Counted from the stretch's first letter, positions 41,046 through 51,201 are shown. The stretch: DNA of 64,000 bases from an uncultured virus (IMG/VR IMGVR_UViG_3300022753_000059) (IMGVR_UViG_3300022753_000059); one strand, 5' to 3'. Numbers and translations: made by a program. Notes: generated by a model from the sequence alone, not told the origin.

Positions 41046-41235
41046 CTTATACAACCAGAGGTCGCTCACGATGGACGAAATGAGCGAACTGTTCGCGGCA
41101 AATAACCCTGGGTTTATTCCGACACTCCAGGCGGTTGGCCGCTACGCAAGGAAAATAGGCTTCAAACGTGCCACACAGCGGCAGAACGGAAAACAAGTGT
41201 ACTTCTATGTAAAACCTCAGAACAATGGAATCTAA
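41032..41235 (+). CDS. Hypothetical protein
   Basis: Overlapping ORF in operon. Confidence 0.6.
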   Translation: MERIDLYNQRSLTMDEMSELFAANNPGFIPTLQAVGRYARKIGFKRATQRQNGKQVYFYVKPQNNGI

Positions 41236-43093
41236 CATCATCATCCCATACAGCCATCACCACCGTGATTGCGCGATGATGATTGGCAAACCATGTACCC
41301 AGGCTGTGTTCGAGTATCTGTTCGATGAATACCAGGCCAGAATGAAGGCTGGGAAACCGATAGCGGATATTCCGTTCAGCAAGTCCAAGATTTCAAAGGC
41401 CAGATCAATCAACCGCGAGACGGTGGGCAGGACTCTTGATGCACTGGAGAAAATGAAGCTCATTACAATCAATGACAATTACTATTCTCTGGATGGCAAA
41501 CTGTACATGGCCCTCATCAAAGCATTCTCAGCTACACCATACAACAATCGGCAGCGTTTCATTGAGTTGCTGGCAGACGGTTGTATTGATGAGCTGGAAG
41601 CGTTTGGTGTATCACTTGATGGGGTTTCTGAAAAAGAAATCGCAGCAATGTCTGGTTCAATCATCGAAACTGACGATTTTTCGGCAGGGTTGTCGAAAAA
41701 CCAGCAAGTATGTATAAAAACCGACAGTGTTGTCGAAAATCCGTCACCTATGTCGAAAAACCAGCAGTGGTGTCGATTTTTCGACAAGTATAACGCCAAT
41801 TTTGTCGATTTTTCGGCAGTAATTCGTGAAAATATGTCGGATTTCCAGCAAGTGTGTCGATTTTTATGCACCCTTACCGATGAGGAATTGCCAGATTCCG
41901 ACATTCAGAAGCTCGCAAAGGCCATCACTGACGGAAAATCGACACTCGATGATGAAGAAATGCAGATTTTTCTCCTCCTGGGGTGTCGATTTTTATGCAG
42001 GGGGGTGACGGATTTCCGACAGTTAGGTGTCGATTTTTCGTCACCAGAAATAAATATAAATAATAAAATAAAAAAAGAAAGTTCCAAGCGAAGCTTGGTA
42101 AAAGAAAAAGAAAAAAAAGAAGAACTTGATTCAAACATTCCAGACCAAGATGAAGAAGATGACGAGCCATCTGACTTCCAGGTTGACCCAAACATGATGG
42201 GTGACTCTTTGCTCCTTTACCAGCTTGACAAGAAAAAGAAGAGCCTTCCTTACTTCCCAGCTTCATCCATTGAAGAATTTACATCCGACATCCGAAACTG
42301 TCTCGATCGTGCCGACAAAATTTTCATCAACAAGCTATGGGAACTTTTCCATGACCATTTCGACCAGGACGAGAACAAGGACGATGAAGGCAATGTGATT
42401 TGCGATGCCAGTACGGAAGTTGATAACAAGGCCATCTTCAAGGATGACTTCATCCCAGACTTCATTCGATATGCAAGAGAGGAAACCGAGAACATTATCC
42501 AGAACGGACAGGTTAAAGTTGATGGCGAGGAGTATGAAGTGACAGCACAGCCTATTGACGGAAACGACTACTACCTCATCCCAGGATTTGAAATCAAGAC
42601 TCTTTGTGATGGCGACCATTATATCGTGTCAGCATCCAGAGTCCACAATATCTTCGGAGAGCAAATCAAGGACACTCCAGCCAACGTCAAGACGCAGCGT
42701 GGCAATGAGGCTGGCCGTGAAGATGACTACGCCTACATGAGAAAGGTCATCCAGATTGGTTCCGATGATGAGCTTTACAGCAAGCTTACACCGATTGAAC
42801 TGGCCGTTTACAACTTCCTATGTGACAATTTCCAGATTGATGAGAACGGAGAGATCCTGGATGTCAACCAATCGTTCCTCCCAGAGAGACAGTTCAGATT
42901 GTTCCTGGCAGAGATAAAGCAAAACGGAATAACCCAGAACGAGTTCGTTGAGGTAATCTTTAACAACAAGCTCGATGAAGGTGGCATATCATTACGCAAC
43001 CGTATGTTCTCAGCCCAGAAGATTCGGAACTGGAATACCAAGCACAGCGTCACCAGCATCGTTGACGAATATGAACATCAAACCCAGGAATAG
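41225..43093 (+). CDS. Putative replication initiator (N-terminal HTH-like region, internal iteron-like array)
   Basis: FSKSKISKARSINRETVGRTLDALEKMKLI winged-HTH pattern; repeats and an A-rich tract in mid-gene. Confidence 0.6.
   Translation: MESNIIIPYSHHHRDCAMMIGKPCTQAVFEYLFDEYQARMKAGKPIADIPFSKSKISKARSINRETVGRTLDALEKMKLITINDNYYSLDGKLYMALIKAFSATPYNNRQRFIELLADGCIDELEAFGVSLDGVSEKEIAAMSGSIIETDDFSAGLSKNQQVCIKTDSVVENPSPMSKNQQWCRFFDKYNANFVDFSAVIRENMSDFQQVCRFLCTLTDEELPDSDIQKLAKAITDGKSTLDDEEMQIFLLLGCRFLCRGVTDFRQLGVDFSSPEININNKIKKESSKRSLVKEKEKKEELDSNIPDQDEEDDEPSDFQVDPNMMGDSLLLYQLDKKKKSLPYFPASSIEEFTSDIRNCLDRADKIFINKLWELFHDHFDQDENKDDEGNVICDASTEVDNKAIFKDDFIPDFIRYAREETENIIQNGQVKVDGEEYEVTAQPIDGNDYYLIPGFEIKTLCDGDHYIVSASRVHNIFGEQIKDTPANVKTQRGNEAGREDDYAYMRKVIQIGSDDELYSKLTPIELAVYNFLCDNFQIDENGEILDVNQSFLPERQFRLFLAEIKQNGITQNEFVEVIFNNKLDEGGISLRNRMFSAQKIRNWNTKHSVTSIVDEYEHQTQE
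41671..42122. repeat. Iteron-like array plus A-rich tract; putative replication origin
   Basis: About 14 TGTCGA(A/T)4-5-type motifs in both orientations, then an A-rich run at 42048-42122. Confidence 0.7.
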
Positions 43094-43096
43094 GCA

Positions 43097-43252
43097 ATGG
43101 ACGTTGAATACAAAAACAGACTCCTTGCGAAATACAAGGATATAGCCGACAAGTATCTGGAGGAAGAGACCAAACATCCACTCACTCCAGAGGAAATCGA
43201 AAAAGAGAGAAAAAGGCTGGGTGCGTTACGAATGGTGTATGGCGCAACATAA
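43097..43252 (+). CDS. Small hypothetical protein (51 aa)
   Basis: ATG 3 nt after the previous stop; manual translation. Confidence 0.5.
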   Translation: MDVEYKNRLLAKYKDIADKYLEEETKHPLTPEEIEKERKRLGALRMVYGAT

Positions 43253-43257
43253 CAACA

Positions 43258-44160
43258 TCATTTCGCCAGCCTATTGCGCAACAATTCATTGAAGTTGCTG
43301 AGATACCCCAGTGCCTCGTCATAATCCAGGAAATAGTTTCCAGCTATGTAACGGAAGTGAGAGGTCGGGGTATCTTTTTCTTTGTCCTGCACGAGCTTCA
43401 TCTTATCGTTGATGTACCAGTATTTTTCTCCTTTAGCGGCCTTGCATACGACTGGCTCGATACGATGAAGCTTATCATTCCACACTTTGCCCAGCTTATT
43501 CAGTTCACGGTTCATGCGTCTGGTGGCCACTACGGTTTGTAGCGTGAAATGATAGGAGTAAAGATCGCAGACATTCGTCTCGTGCATGTTATGGCCAATC
43601 TCCTTCGTGTCATACCAGAAGTAGCAGTACAATTCCATCTGTCCGCTTTCTAAGTCCACTGAGCGAATAACACCCAGTCCTATATGGGAACCTTTGGCGA
43701 ACTCTACGCGGTCATTGATGGCTGGAATGAACTTCTTGCGTACAGTCATAGTCTCGTTATCAAATTCCCAGCCTTGTCTGGCTAATTCTATGATCATGTT
43801 GGTGGCCTTGTCGGGGTCGGGGTGTGAAAGTGATGAGCAAGGATAAGAACCATTCTCAATATTCCAGGTTCCATTCTCTGACCTATTAGCACAGATTTTA
43901 GTCATGTTCAAATCATTGCTCGATATGAGTAGGAATCTTCCAGTGTCTGATTCAACGGCAATATCTCCGCAGCCGAAGCCATGCTCAAACCATTCGATGA
44001 AAGTTTGGGCCTTGTCGGGGCCTGGTTCGGAGAAAGTCGGGAGTTCTGTGAGAGTAAGGATTCGGGATTGTTGGAGAAAAGCAGCGACAAGCTGGCAATC
44101 GGTCGCTGTCTGGAAATTGTGAGCCTTGAGATAGGCTTGGACTTGTTTCTTCGTTTTCAT
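43258..44160 (-). CDS. Hypothetical protein (300 aa)
   Basis: Long ORF with an upstream TACCTTTG promoter element at 44225-44232. Confidence 0.8.
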   Translation of the reverse strand: MKTKKQVQAYLKAHNFQTATDCQLVAAFLQQSRILTLTELPTFSEPGPDKAQTFIEWFEHGFGCGDIAVESDTGRFLLISSNDLNMTKICANRSENGTWNIENGSYPCSSLSHPDPDKATNMIIELARQGWEFDNETMTVRKKFIPAINDRVEFAKGSHIGLGVIRSVDLESGQMELYCYFWYDTKEIGHNMHETNVCDLYSYHFTLQTVVATRRMNRELNKLGKVWNDKLHRIEPVVCKAAKGEKYWYINDKMKLVQDKEKDTPTSHFRYIAGNYFLDYDEALGYLSNFNELLRNRLAK

Positions 44161-45159
44161 AATTCTGTGAAGTTGTACGATGTCAATTTTGGGTCTGGAA
44201 TGCTCTTTTCGGGCTTCCAGTGTGCAAAGGTAAGCATAATTTTCGGAACTATGCGCACCCGAATCCCTATTTCTGAAAAATGAGGCTGAAATTTTTGGGG
44301 TCGGGAAAAATTTTGGGTTTTAATATTGGGCGTTTTTAGTGTTTGGCCGAAAAATCGTTGTAGCGGCATTTTAATAGGCTTGGTGGATAGATTGTTCACC
44401 GATGATTAGAAAGTCGCTCAGAATGGCAGGAAATGGCCTAAAACGTAGTTTTAGAATATTTGCTGGAAGTGTGTAAATGGATATGGGAAAGTGTGAGGGC
44501 AATTTTGTGGCGTGTTGAGGACATGATAGGTACATAAAGATAATGTTCGGGCGCATGTGTGTAAGGTAAACGCTGGAGGTAATACACATCCAGCTTACAA
44601 AAGTGAAAATCTTTTTGGAAAACGAGACCTAAAATTTCGGGGCAAAATATATTTATGGAATCCGCACCCACATACCCACCCACCTCCGTCTTTTTTATTG
44701 AAAATCAGCGAGTTACGAGTTTCACTTCTCGCAAAAGTGAAACGTCAGCCCTCATACGTGGACGCATGTGGGTGTACGCTCGCGCATCCACGAAAACCCT
44801 CCAAATTGGAGGGTTCAGCTCGCGTATATATGTGCGCTCCCATCCACGCCCAGCCATCAGCGTGTACGCGCCAAGTCTCGCGTGTCATCACCCTGCGCAT
44901 AATGGGCGCGTAAGTGATTGTGCGTGAGACTGTTACGTGTGTGAGGCGTGGACGTGAGTGGGCGCAAGTGGGCTGGAGTGGGCGTGTGACGTGGCTGCAC
45001 GTGGACGCATCGTGGACGTACACGCCCTGGCCACGCACACACGAACTCCGCGTGGACGTGGCGCGAGGACTCCACAACCGCAGGGCTTGTGCGTGAGGGC
45101 TTTGCCCCACGTGTGAAGCCCCGTTAGTCCTTCACGCAGATGCAGCGCAGAGTTCACCG

Positions 45160-45167
45160 TAACTTTG
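45160..45167 (+). promoter_or_regulatory. Bacteroidetes -7 promoter element (TAACTTTG)
   Basis: Upstream of ATG 45228. Confidence 0.65.
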
Positions 45168-45227
45168 CACCGTCACTTCGACAAACGGCACCCACCGATT
45201 TTGGGCAATTAAAAATTTTCAATTTTT

Positions 45228-45767
45228 ATGGCAACTTCAATCAACAACACCGCCGCAAATGCTAACGTAGTTAGCAAGTCCGCAACCGCTAACGCTGCAA
45301 CGCAGCCAGTTAAAACTCAGAGAGTTTTAGAGACTCGTGACCAGTGGGTCGTGATTTTCAATCACGCTGTCTCTCTCGTGGTCATGCTCACGAAGGGCGA
45401 AGCACTCCCGAAGGATGCTCGCAAAGGCTTTGCCTTTGGTACGACCAAGGAAGCACCCCACTGCCGCCAGTATGCCCAATCTTTGATTGGGGGGTTCCTC
45501 ACTGGCAAGGCTGGCAAAGTCCTCGCTCAACACGAAGTGTTGGCAAGCCGTGAGAAACGCGAAGAGATTGCTTGCAATCTCTTGTTGCAGACCTCACTCG
45601 CCAAGGATGGGCAGGCAGGAGCGAAGCGCATTCTCAGCAAAGCTGAGCCGAAACAAGCCAAGGCATTTGCAAATGCAGTCCTAAAAGGACTGGAAGAGCA
45701 GCCCGCTCCAGTTGCTCAGAATGAGCAAAAGAGCCAGCCCAAGCCGAAGAAAAAGGCGAAGAAATAA
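45228..45767 (+). CDS. Basic Ala/Lys-rich hypothetical protein
   Basis: Has its own promoter, AT-rich leader and terminator. Confidence 0.8.
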   Translation: MATSINNTAANANVVSKSATANAATQPVKTQRVLETRDQWVVIFNHAVSLVVMLTKGEALPKDARKGFAFGTTKEAPHCRQYAQSLIGGFLTGKAGKVLAQHEVLASREKREEIACNLLLQTSLAKDGQAGAKRILSKAEPKQAKAFANAVLKGLEEQPAPVAQNEQKSQPKPKKKAKK

Positions 45768-45797
45768 GCCTACGGCTTACGCTCCGACACCGACAAG

Positions 45798-45823
45798 CCT
45801 CACCCCTTTGGGGTGGGGTTTTT
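45798..45823 (+). terminator. Intrinsic terminator
   Basis: CCTCACCCC-TTT-GGGGTGGGG followed by TTTT. Confidence 0.75.
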
Positions 45824-47264
45824 GTTTGCCCTTATATGTGGGCGCGTATGGGCATCCACACGCTCGCGCATTTTACGCACACGTGCGCGTCCACACGCCT
45901 CCACATCGCACCCACAAGGCAATCGTGGGCGGTCACGTTACGTCCACGCAAGCCCACACAATTCGCGTGACCGCCCACGAAACGCACCGCGCACGTTGTC
46001 TGCACGTCCACGCCTATCCACGCAAGACCCTTGCGCGTCCACCCCAGCCCACAACCGCCTCGTACACGTGGCCATCCGTCACGCTGCACGTTCACGCCTG
46101 GCCACACGAGTCACGTGGGAGTCCATCCAGCAACATGGAGGCCCACAAGTCGCTAAATGCGTGATGGTCGTCCAGCAATGGGGGATGTGGATGTCCACGA
46201 GGCTTCTCACGTGCGCACCCACGATGAATGCGTGACCTTCCACGCTTGTACCTGGGAGTCCACGTGGCGCGTCATGGCTATCCACGTGGCTGACATGGGC
46301 GTATGTGGGCTGGCATCGTGGACGCAACTGGACGTAGCTGGGTGTGAGACGTGGGTGAACGTGGACGGATGCTGGACGTATGTGGACACGAGACATGTAC
46401 GTGAGTGGGCGTAGCTGGAGGCATCATGGACACGGATGGTCGTGAGACGTGGACGTATATGGACGAGACTGGACGCATATCATGGACGGAGGTGGTGGCG
46501 ACTGGATGAGTGTGGAGGCTCGTGTTGGACGTGAGTGGGCATGACTGGATGACCACGATGCACAACGTGGATGCCCAGGACTTCTCGTGGTCGCCCACAA
46601 GTTTCGTGGATGCCCATAATATTCGTGGGAGTCCACGAAACTTGTGGGCATCCAGCTAATCATGTGACCGCCCAAAAACCTCGTGGATGCCCAGCAGGGC
46701 GACATGGATGTCCAGAACGCAATGACGTGGGAGTCCACGAGGCTTTCTCGCGTGGGCGTGGGTGAAATGCGCGTGGCTTTCCATCGTGCGTTGGGGATGG
46801 GGCCACGTGTAACGTATCGTGGATGCCCAGATCACGTACACGTGGGAGTACACGTAACGCTCCGTGGATGCCCAGGATTCACGTGTCATGGACGGCCACG
46901 GAGAGTGCGTGGGCCTCTGAGAGACAGCCGACAATGGGCGACCACGTGCCTCCACGTGTACCCACACTGGACACGGATGGACGGTGGCGTGGTCGCCCAG
47001 TGTGCGCATTGTGGACGCATCGGGTGGACGTATCGCGTAGCTCGCCCAGACCCCAGTCCATGTGGACGAGGCGTATGTAATTGCCCTGGAGCATAATGTG
47101 CGTCCAGGCTCGCCCATAGTATTAACCCGACATTTCACCCTTTGGGTGAAGATTTTTTTAATAAAAAGTTTTTCGCAAAAAGTTTGGTGGCAGAATTTTG
47201 GCAGCCGATATTTGTGGTGTTCTCAGTTCAATCGTGGCGACGTTTGAAAATTCGAGAATGCACT

Positions 47265-47290
47265 GCACTTTCGGTGCTTGCTCTTTGACA
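47265..47290 (+). promoter_or_regulatory. boxB-like hairpin plus boxA-like antitermination element
   Basis: GCAC-TTTCG-GTGC then TGCTCTTTGACA (rrn boxA consensus TGCTCTTTAACA). Confidence 0.55.
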
Positions 47291-47610
47291 TACTGAGTTG
47301 TCGATAAGTGAGCGATACACACTTGCGTCTGACGCACTTTATGAGTGTGCATCCCACGAGCGACACGGACAAATGGCGCAAACGTCTGACGTTTGCAAAG
47401 TGAACTCCAACGGACAACAAAGGACTGATGCTTAAACTCCCCACCTACATGGTGCTCGTGACAAGGCGAGAATGCGTACACTCGTACTTCTGTGCGAATT
47501 GTGTCCGAAAAGAGCGAGTCAAGCGAACAAAATTTTTATTAACTTCCCCTTGCACGGAAGGCGGTGCATGAGGGCGACAACACACGTTAAGGGCGTGAGC
47601 CGACAAAATT

Positions 47611-48225
47611 ATGGCTAAACAGCAAAACAATTCTCAGAGTGTGGCAACAAAGTTCAACGTAACTTTCGGTGTACGTGGTTATGACGCTATCCCTGCAAAT
47701 GCAGCCGTGTTGCTCAACGAGCGTAAGATGCGCATTGATGGCGAACTCAAGTCTGTAACCGAGTTCATGGCTGTCGAGGGTGTAAAATCTACCAAGACAA
47801 CCGACCTTGTGCTCCCAGTGCTCGCAATCATGCTGGCAGATGCACGTACAAGAGGCGGTTTTGCCAACGACTTCAAGGTGTGTGTGGTAGGCTCCCAGAA
47901 GGTCGAAACCAAGCTCACAGCCAAGAGCGCGTTCACGAAGTGGCTCAAGGGCAATGTCATCTACAAGTCCAACTCCCAGGGTGAACTCAACAAAGCACTC
48001 GTGCTTGACGAGGGTCTGTACCTCCGCAACACAGCCCTGCGTGTATCGGACAAGCAACCCATCTACACGGCTACTGGTGACACCCTCCGTGTGTTGCTCT
48101 TCAAGACTGCCGAAGCAATCACCAAGCAAGCAACCATGTTCAAGGACATCGTAGGTCAGGCAAAGAGCATCTTCAACGCTGCCTACACAACCGAGAAACC
48201 AGCCGAGGAAAAAGCAGCCGCATAA
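47611..48225 (+). CDS. Hypothetical protein (204 aa)
   Basis: ATG with A-rich context, followed by a terminator. Confidence 0.8.
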   Translation: MAKQQNNSQSVATKFNVTFGVRGYDAIPANAAVLLNERKMRIDGELKSVTEFMAVEGVKSTKTTDLVLPVLAIMLADARTRGGFANDFKVCVVGSQKVETKLTAKSAFTKWLKGNVIYKSNSQGELNKALVLDEGLYLRNTALRVSDKQPIYTATGDTLRVLLFKTAEAITKQATMFKDIVGQAKSIFNAAYTTEKPAEEKAAA

Positions 48226-48251
48226 CGCTTGCAGGACATACGACACGAGAC

Positions 48252-48283
48252 ACCGCCCAGCCGCAAAGGTTGGGCGGTTCTCT
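48252..48283 (+). terminator. Intrinsic terminator
   Basis: ACCGCCCAGCC-GCAAA-GGTTGGGCGGT followed by TCTCTT. Confidence 0.7.
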
Positions 48284-48455
48284 TATACACATACGTGGGC
48301 GCACATACATAACGTGTCCACGCTTATACGTTACGCGCATGAGTGTGTGCGTGTATGTATGATATATGTGTGGACGTGTTGTGTATTGTCGATGCTAAAT
48401 GCGTGAGTTTTTCAAAATTTTCGGGAGTCCGAGCAACCCTTAAAAAGTCACAACT

Positions 48456-49079
48456 ATGCAGTTATCAGATATTCTCACAGTCGAGCAAGTAGGCGCAATG
48501 CGTGAAATCTCCAGCAAGCCTACATTCGCACAGATTTATGTGCCATTTTTGTCAGACGGAGCGCGTGGTTTTATCAGTGCTTTCGTTGGTCGTAAAAGCG
48601 ATGAAAACTTCTGGAAGCGGTTGCGCTCAGAATATAACTATGCGCCCAGCGTCATGGTGTGTGTTGTGGGCAAAAGCGTTGAGGTGATGCAAGTTCGCCA
48701 AAGCGTGATTTTTGCCAAACACCTGGGGGATATGCTAAAGCGTGGTGCCAAAATCTGCTGGGTGTGCAACCGTGTGGCTTTTGAGGTGAACTGGGATAAC
48801 TGGAAGTCAGTGTACAAGTCGCTTACCGCTGTACAAAGCGAGTCCGATGCGCTCCCAGTGCCACCAAGTCGCTACCAGATGCGAAGGATGCGTGAAGAGC
48901 GTGGGCGTGAAAAGGCGTTCTATGAGGCGGCAAGCGTAATCAGAAATAAGAAGCTCAACAAGCGTGGATATAACATGAGCTTTGACGAGATTCGCGCCCA
49001 GATGAGGCACGATGCCTACGAGAAGCAACTGCGTGGCGTTGAGATTGAAGCGAGAAAAATATACATGACGGTGTTGTAA
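48456..49079 (+). CDS. Hypothetical protein
   Basis: 207-aa ORF followed by a terminator. Confidence 0.75.
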   Translation: MQLSDILTVEQVGAMREISSKPTFAQIYVPFLSDGARGFISAFVGRKSDENFWKRLRSEYNYAPSVMVCVVGKSVEVMQVRQSVIFAKHLGDMLKRGAKICWVCNRVAFEVNWDNWKSVYKSLTAVQSESDALPVPPSRYQMRRMREERGREKAFYEAASVIRNKKLNKRGYNMSFDEIRAQMRHDAYEKQLRGVEIEARKIYMTVL

Positions 49080-49101
49080 AGTTGAATAAAAATTGAAGCG
49101 G

Positions 49102-49135
49102 AGCCGTGACTGGAGCAATCTGGTCACGGCTTTTA
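49102..49135 (+). terminator. Intrinsic terminator
   Basis: AGCCGTGACTGGA...TCTGGTCACGGCT followed by TTTT. Confidence 0.75.
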
Positions 49136-49150
49136 TTATGCCCAAAAGTC

Positions 49151-49408
49151 ATGGAAAATCAAAAAAACGTAGTGAGCAGCTTCTTCTACTACATGTGGAA
49201 TGCGTGGTGCGAGGAAGAATGCAAAAAGGCTTTCGAGGGAGGCGACTGGATGCACTTCTGGAAGAAATGGTGCGGCATCTGTGATGCTCACGGAGTCTGG
49301 GGTGCGGCTGAACGCTTCTTTGCAGAGCTTAGTGAGAGAAATAAGGACTTGCTTGTGAAGCGAGCATGTCAAGTGTATAACCGAGGCGAAAGGATAGACA
49401 ACGTATGA
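49151..49408 (+). CDS. Hypothetical protein
   Basis: ATG 49151. Confidence 0.65.
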   Translation: MENQKNVVSSFFYYMWNAWCEEECKKAFEGGDWMHFWKKWCGICDAHGVWGAAERFFAELSERNKDLLVKRACQVYNRGERIDNV

Positions 49409-49599
49409 CAATCAAGCAATTAAAAGTGGGCGACTACTTCAAGCTCAAGCCCAACGGACGTGTATATGTCCGTGGAAAGTTCGAGCGCATTTCAAAGCGT
49501 TATTCGTACTGCGACTTCAACGATGTTTGCAGCGAGCATTTTGCCAAAGGTGACAGAGAGGTGATTACCGATCTGGAGGACGAAGATTTCAATAAATAA
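49405..49599 (+). CDS. Hypothetical protein
   Basis: ATGA-coupled to the previous ORF. Confidence 0.65.
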   Translation: MTIKQLKVGDYFKLKPNGRVYVRGKFERISKRYSYCDFNDVCSEHFAKGDREVITDLEDEDFNK

Positions 49600-49729
49600 A
49601 CCTAAAGCGTAACCAAAATGAAAAAACCAAGGATTATCCACCGTGCAGTCAAGGTATGTTCCTGCAACGGCTATCAAATCACGCACTACAATCGTGCATA
49701 GTCAATAACCAATCAAACGAAACGAAACA

Positions 49730-49948
49730 ATGAAACAGTTTATCAAAAAGGCATTGCACGTTATCGGTCATGTGCTGTTTGTATGCCTCAAATTCACGGT
49801 TCGCACACTGTTGAAGATTGACCGTAAGTTCTGGAAGCGTTACTTCAATATTGAAACGCCTCTTTACAAACTCTGGTGGAACAGCCATGCGGAAGCCATG
49901 CAGAAAAAGCTGGATAAGGTTCATGTAGAGTTGAAGAAAGCGGCATAA
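49730..49948 (+). CDS. Hypothetical protein
   Basis: A-rich leader plus ATG. Confidence 0.6.
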   Translation: MKQFIKKALHVIGHVLFVCLKFTVRTLLKIDRKFWKRYFNIETPLYKLWWNSHAEAMQKKLDKVHVELKKAA

Positions 49949-49960
49949 CATTCCCAGCCT

Positions 49961-50236
49961 ATGTTCACGATGAATAAAATGTTCGACAAGTTCACGAACT
50001 ATAATGCCTACTATGTGGCGAATAGGGCCGCAAGCAAGGAAGTGGACGAGCCGAGGCTTGCGAAAATCATCCAGGCATTGAGAGACCTTCTGAAAAAGCC
50101 GTACATCCGATTTATGTGGCTGGCCGATGCTGTTGAAGCGTCTTGTATTGTCTATGATGGCTCAGAGCGCGTGACAAAGCTGGTTCCTATAAGCGAGATC
50201 GAAAAAATGATTGAAGAACGTAACATGCACAAATGA
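49961..50236 (+). CDS. Hypothetical protein
   Basis: ORF in operon. Confidence 0.6.
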   Translation: MFTMNKMFDKFTNYNAYYVANRAASKEVDEPRLAKIIQALRDLLKKPYIRFMWLADAVEASCIVYDGSERVTKLVPISEIEKMIEERNMHK

Positions 50237-50239
50237 CTT

Positions 50240-50551
50240 ATGAAAATCAACTGTCAAGAAAGATACGATGAGGTTCTGGAGTATGCGAAGTCCATCAATG
50301 ATGAGACCTTCCAGGAGTGTATCAACCGTCTTAAAACGTGGGAGGAAAACGCAAAGGAGCAGGGCCGCGATATGGAAATTCATCTTTTCCGTGACCATGA
50401 GCCGAAGAGCTTTTTCTTCCGTGAAGTTTATGCGGACGGTCGTAACGGAATATGCGGAGGCGTTCTGTACCACGGTGTTCCAGGCGAGAGAGATAACAGT
50501 ATGGCTGTCTGCATTGATGGACGAGCCTACGGTTGGCGTATTCACACCTAA
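50240..50551 (+). CDS. DUF4120-like protein
   Basis: MKINCQE.YDEV...CGGVLYHG...GWRIHT pattern recalled from Bacteroidetes mobile elements. Confidence 0.6.
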   Translation: MKINCQERYDEVLEYAKSINDETFQECINRLKTWEENAKEQGRDMEIHLFRDHEPKSFFFREVYADGRNGICGGVLYHGVPGERDNSMAVCIDGRAYGWRIHT

Positions 50552-50562
50552 AGCGCGAAGTT

Positions 50563-50811
50563 ATGGAAAGTGGTAGGGCTAAGAAAATCAATGATGCTAT
50601 CGAAAAGATAAAAGAGCATCTGGACGAGGTTTCGTCTCTTGGTTGGGATATTGTTCACGAATTTGAAGATGAGTTCGGAATAGATAACTACGACTGGGAG
50701 AAGATACCCGATAAGACTAACCGTGAGATTTGCGAGACAGCTAACAACTGTGGCATGATCGAAACCTGGAATGAATTTCTGTTTGGTAAACTGAAAGTGC
50801 AGGAGGATTGA
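50563..50811 (+). CDS. Hypothetical protein
   Basis: ATG 50563. Confidence 0.6.
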   Translation: MESGRAKKINDAIEKIKEHLDEVSSLGWDIVHEFEDEFGIDNYDWEKIPDKTNREICETANNCGMIETWNEFLFGKLKVQED

Positions 50812-51098
50812 TGATGGCCAGAGAGATTACTGATGCGTATATCTACGTTCCCACAATGAAGATTGACCGCAAGCGAATGACCTTTGATGAAGTGAAAGCG
50901 TTCTGCCAGGAAAACAATCTTGGTATCTGGAGCGGCACCCAGGTCGTAAGCGTGTCAGACTTCAAATTTGAACCCAAATGGGTAAGAATCATGGAGTATT
51001 GCTTTGATACTGGCAATGGCTATTATACTGAACCAGACATCACTTTGGTTCCATTTGGCACCACTGTTGAGTATGGTATGTTCCAATTCCCCAAATAA
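50811..51098 (+). CDS. Hypothetical protein
   Basis: Start coupled to the previous stop. Confidence 0.6.
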   Translation: MMAREITDAYIYVPTMKIDRKRMTFDEVKAFCQENNLGIWSGTQVVSVSDFKFEPKWVRIMEYCFDTGNGYYTEPDITLVPFGTTVEYGMFQFPK

Positions 51099-51201
51099 TC
51101 GAGCAAATTCCCCAAATATTAAGAAAAGTTAAAGTGCGAGAAATGGACACCTTTGGACTCCAGTCTCGCACTATTCGTAAACAACAAAACAGAAGAGTTA
51201 T

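Larger units (their letters stand above)
44740..47105. repeat. GC-rich, motif-dense, mostly non-coding region (GTGGACG / GGATGCCCA / GGGAGTCCAC motifs)
   Basis: 15 GTGGACG copies on either strand here, plus one at 48370; 17-bp perfect inverted repeat at 46594-46648. Confidence 0.75.

Noticed and set aside
46560..46880. CRISPR array made of GGATGCCCA-type repeats
   Set aside because: The repeats are short, irregularly spaced and in mixed orientation; there are no cas genes in the window.
44557..47247. Numerous overlapping ORFs in the GC-rich region (other than 45228-45767)
   Set aside because: They are low-complexity His/Arg/Thr/Val translations in all frames, a by-product of stop-poor repeats, and lack A-rich start context.
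47400..47525. Hammerhead ribozyme (CTGATG...GAAA)
   Set aside because: The core reads CTGATGC rather than CTGANGA, and I could not build the three stems.
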